A stretch of 35,528 bases of DNA from Chiloscyllium plagiosum. Its lineage: Eukaryota. The first letter of the stretch is position 1, and every line of letters starts with the position of its first letter. The DNA lies in the NCBI RefSeq assembly GCF_004010195.1, contig NC_057760.1:3737707-3773234 (forward strand). The letters are read 5' to 3'. Of this stretch, positions 34,415-35,528 are shown piece by piece. A program made the position numbers and the translations under genes. The notes under the pieces are model-generated. The model saw only the letters and a list, made by a program, of their open reading frames with translations, did not search any database and had not been told where the DNA came from.

Positions 34415-35528
34415 CATAGAGTCATAGAGATGCACAGCACGGAAACAGACCCTGCAGTCAAACCTGCCCATGCCGACCAGTTATCCCAACCCAATCTAGT
34501 CCCACCTGCCAGCACCCAGCCCATATCCCTCCAAACCCTTCCTATTCATAAACCCATCCAAATGCCTCTTAAATGTTACAATTGTTCCAGCCTCCACCAC
34601 TTCCTCTGGCAGCTCATTCCATATACATACCACCCTCTGCTTGAAAAGGTTGCCCCTTAAGTCTCTTTTATATCTTTCCCCTCTCACCCTAAACCTATGC
34701 CCTCTAGTTCTGGACTCCCCAAACCCAGGGAAAAGACAAAGTTTGAGAGAAGATTTGTAGCTCGGGTGCTCGTTTACTGTGGTTCTGTTCGCCAAGCTGG
34801 GAATTTGTGTTGCAGACGTTTCGTCCCCTGTCTAGGTGACATCCTCAGGGCTTGGGAGCCTCCTGTGAAGCGCTTCTGTGATCTTTCCTCCGGCATTTGT
34901 AGTAGTTTGAATCTAGATCTGTAATCATACTACCAGCAGACAAAGGCAGAATGACGTAAGCGACAGATTCAAACCACTACAAATGCTGGAGGAAAGATCA
35001 CAGAAGCGCTTCACAGGAGGCTCCCAAGCACTGAGGATGTCACCTAGACAAGGGACGAAACATCTGCAACACAAATTCCCAGCTCGGTGAACAGAACCAC
35101 AACAACCAGGGAAAAGACTTTACCTATTTACCCTATCCATGCCCCTCATAATTGTATGCCTCTATAAGGTCACCCCTCAGCCTCCGACGCTCCAGCCTCT
35201 TCAGCCTCTCCCTATAGCTCAAATCCTCCAACCCTGGCAACATCTTTGTAAATCTTTTCTGAACCCTTTCAAGTTTCACAACATGTTTCCGATAGGAAGG
35301 AGACCAGAATTGCACGCAATATTCCAACAGTAGCCTAACCAATGTCCTGTACAGCCGCAACATGACCTCCCAACTCCTGTACTCAATACTCTGACCAATA
35401 AATAAAGCGTACCAAACGCCTTCTTCACTATCCTATCTACCTGTGACTCCACTTTCAAGGAGCTATGAACCTGCACTCCAAGGTCTCTTTGTTCAGCAAC
35501 ACTCCCTAGGACCTTACCATTAAGTGTA
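34415..35528 (-). mobile_element. CR1 3' part interrupted by a family C element
   Basis: Tail at ~34415; LEYCVQFWSP ORF; runs off the window end. Confidence 0.92.
34738..35105. mobile_element. Family C PLE fold-back element with hammerhead motif in each arm
   Basis: Arms 34778-34914/34965-35101; 13-bp TSD CCAGGGAAAAGAC (34725-34737, 35106-35118); cores at 34812-34851 (-) and 35028-35067 (+). Confidence 0.9.

Overview
Eukaryotic, almost entirely repeat-derived DNA with one 324-N assembly gap (10963-11286). No host protein-coding gene can be supported. The repeat content points to a cartilaginous fish (inference): HER1-like CR1 LINEs with (TATGACTC)n tails, HE1/V-SINEs, Deu-type SINEs, L2 and Rex1/Babar fragments. 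Most ORFs in the track are broken CR1 ORF2 pieces or noise. The most notable signal is a set of short Penelope-like element (PLE) derivatives in three sequence families (A, B, C), carrying about a dozen intact or decayed minimal hammerhead ribozyme cores (CUGANGA-N-stem II-GAAA-N-N-U-H with a loopless palindromic helix III). Six insertions are fold-back or palindromic, with the ribozyme region on both strands (some centres collapsed). Most have 8-15 bp target-site duplications, and one is nested inside another. Two GIY-YIG remnants and a PADKG-coding spacer tie families A and C to PLEs. Also present: a Tigger/pogo-like MITE, a probable solo LTR and a tRNA-Gly(TCC)-derived pseudogene. Family names come from recognition of motifs, not from database searches, and boundaries of old repeats are approximate.
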